Source of the DNA: Eledone cirrhosa
Lineage: Eukaryota
Reading direction: 5' to 3'
DNA: 64,000 nt
Assembly (NCBI GenBank): GCA_964016885.1
Contig: OZ024745.1
Coordinates: 62,062,001 to 62,126,000, forward strand
Shown here piece by piece: positions 63,016 to 64,000 of this stretch (position 1 is its first letter; each line of letters starts with the position of its first letter). The notes beneath the pieces are model-generated. The model made no database searches, was not told the origin of the DNA, and saw only the letters and a program-made list of their open reading frames with translations. A program made the translations under genes and the position numbers.

Positions 63016-63746
63016 GTATTTCTCGTACTAGTTTACTTTCTAGCACTGGGTGGTTGCTGGCCCTGTGATTGGGGTAGAAACCTTTATTTCGTGGTAGTCT
63101 CTTTAGTATTTTGGCCCCCCCTTTGTTGACCCGTCACCGTACGATACACGCACCTATACCTCGTATAAGGGTCCCTTTATTTCCGTCCCACCTAGTTTAT
63201 TTTTATTATTATTATTTATTTTTTTATTCTTCATCATATATATATATATTTTTTTAAAAATTTATTTATCTATTCTTTTATTCACTTATTTGTTTATTTA
63301 TTTATTTATGTATTTATTTAGCCTAGCAATAGCGAGAGACTTTAGTCTTAGTATCCAGACTTTGCTTATTTTTTCTTTCTCTCTCAGTATCTTTTATAGT
63401 TTTACCCTTCATTGTTCTACTTACCGTTTCGACTCCCCCCCTCCCCAGTACCCTCTTTGACCTCACGCCCAGCTGTAGCTGGCACTACCAACGCATGAAT
63501 GGGTCTACTCCACCCCCTCTCCCTTTTTCTCCTACCGGCAGGTTTAGCTACCCCTTCCCCCACCAATTTGCCATCACAGATTTACTACTAACTTATGATG
63601 TGATCAATCCTGGTGATTATCTCTTTGACCATATATGGAATTACCCCTTGATAAGCTCGGCTATTTAAATACCAGAATAAATTTTCATTCAGTACAGAAT
63701 TAGCCGTCGAAACGGCTTGAGCTCAGCCGTCGGGGTCTTACTTGTT

Positions 63747-63748
<2 letters not shown>
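63016..63748 (+). mobile_element. Pseudo-LTR of the second PLE family
   Basis: Ends in a hammerhead followed by ggggtcttacttgttcc, which matches 62872-62888. Bounded by TA runs. Confidence 0.65.
63643..63736 (+). ncRNA. Type I hammerhead ribozyme, U3:A8 variant with a large stem II loop
   Basis: acccc-TTGATAA-gct-cggcta-(37 nt)-tagccg-tc-GAAA-cggct-tgagctc-agccg-TC-ggggt. GUC triplet, cleavage predicted after 63731. Confidence 0.8.
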
Positions 63749-63817
<69 letters not shown>

Positions 63818-64000
63818 GAACATGTCATGAGATGAGGTAAAAACGGAAACCATTACCACCTACATATATCGTAATATGCTTCCATCATTAAAGCGGTCTG
63901 ACTATATTAAAATATAATTATATATATATATATATATATATACTTATATTTATTATTATTACTATTATATATATATATATATAATTATATTTTAATGTAG

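Overview
AT-rich, microsatellite-dense eukaryotic non-coding DNA. It is most likely from an octopus or other cephalopod, inferred from the recalled SINE families. No host protein-coding gene is supported. Three retroelement systems dominate. (1) Six Tx1-type L1 non-LTR retrotransposons (A-F), all on the minus strand, are stacked head-to-tail in two clusters (13112-31807 and 44764-56635). Nearly every junction is an (AAT)n/(ATT)n microsatellite, and A and B have intact 1139-aa EN-RT-CCHC ORF2s. (2) A tRNA-derived SINE sits in the same arrays and orientation and shares its last ~35 nt plus the (ATT)n tail with the Tx1 3' ends, making it a candidate microsatellite-targeted LINE/SINE partnership that regenerates its own target. 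(3) Penelope-like elements and their pseudo-LTR fragments lie in (TA)n runs and carry at least 7 hammerhead ribozyme motifs. These include a 1.1-kb island of four different hammerheads, two U3:A8 core variants and a type III-like relic. All structures were read by eye; no alignment, folding program or database search was run.
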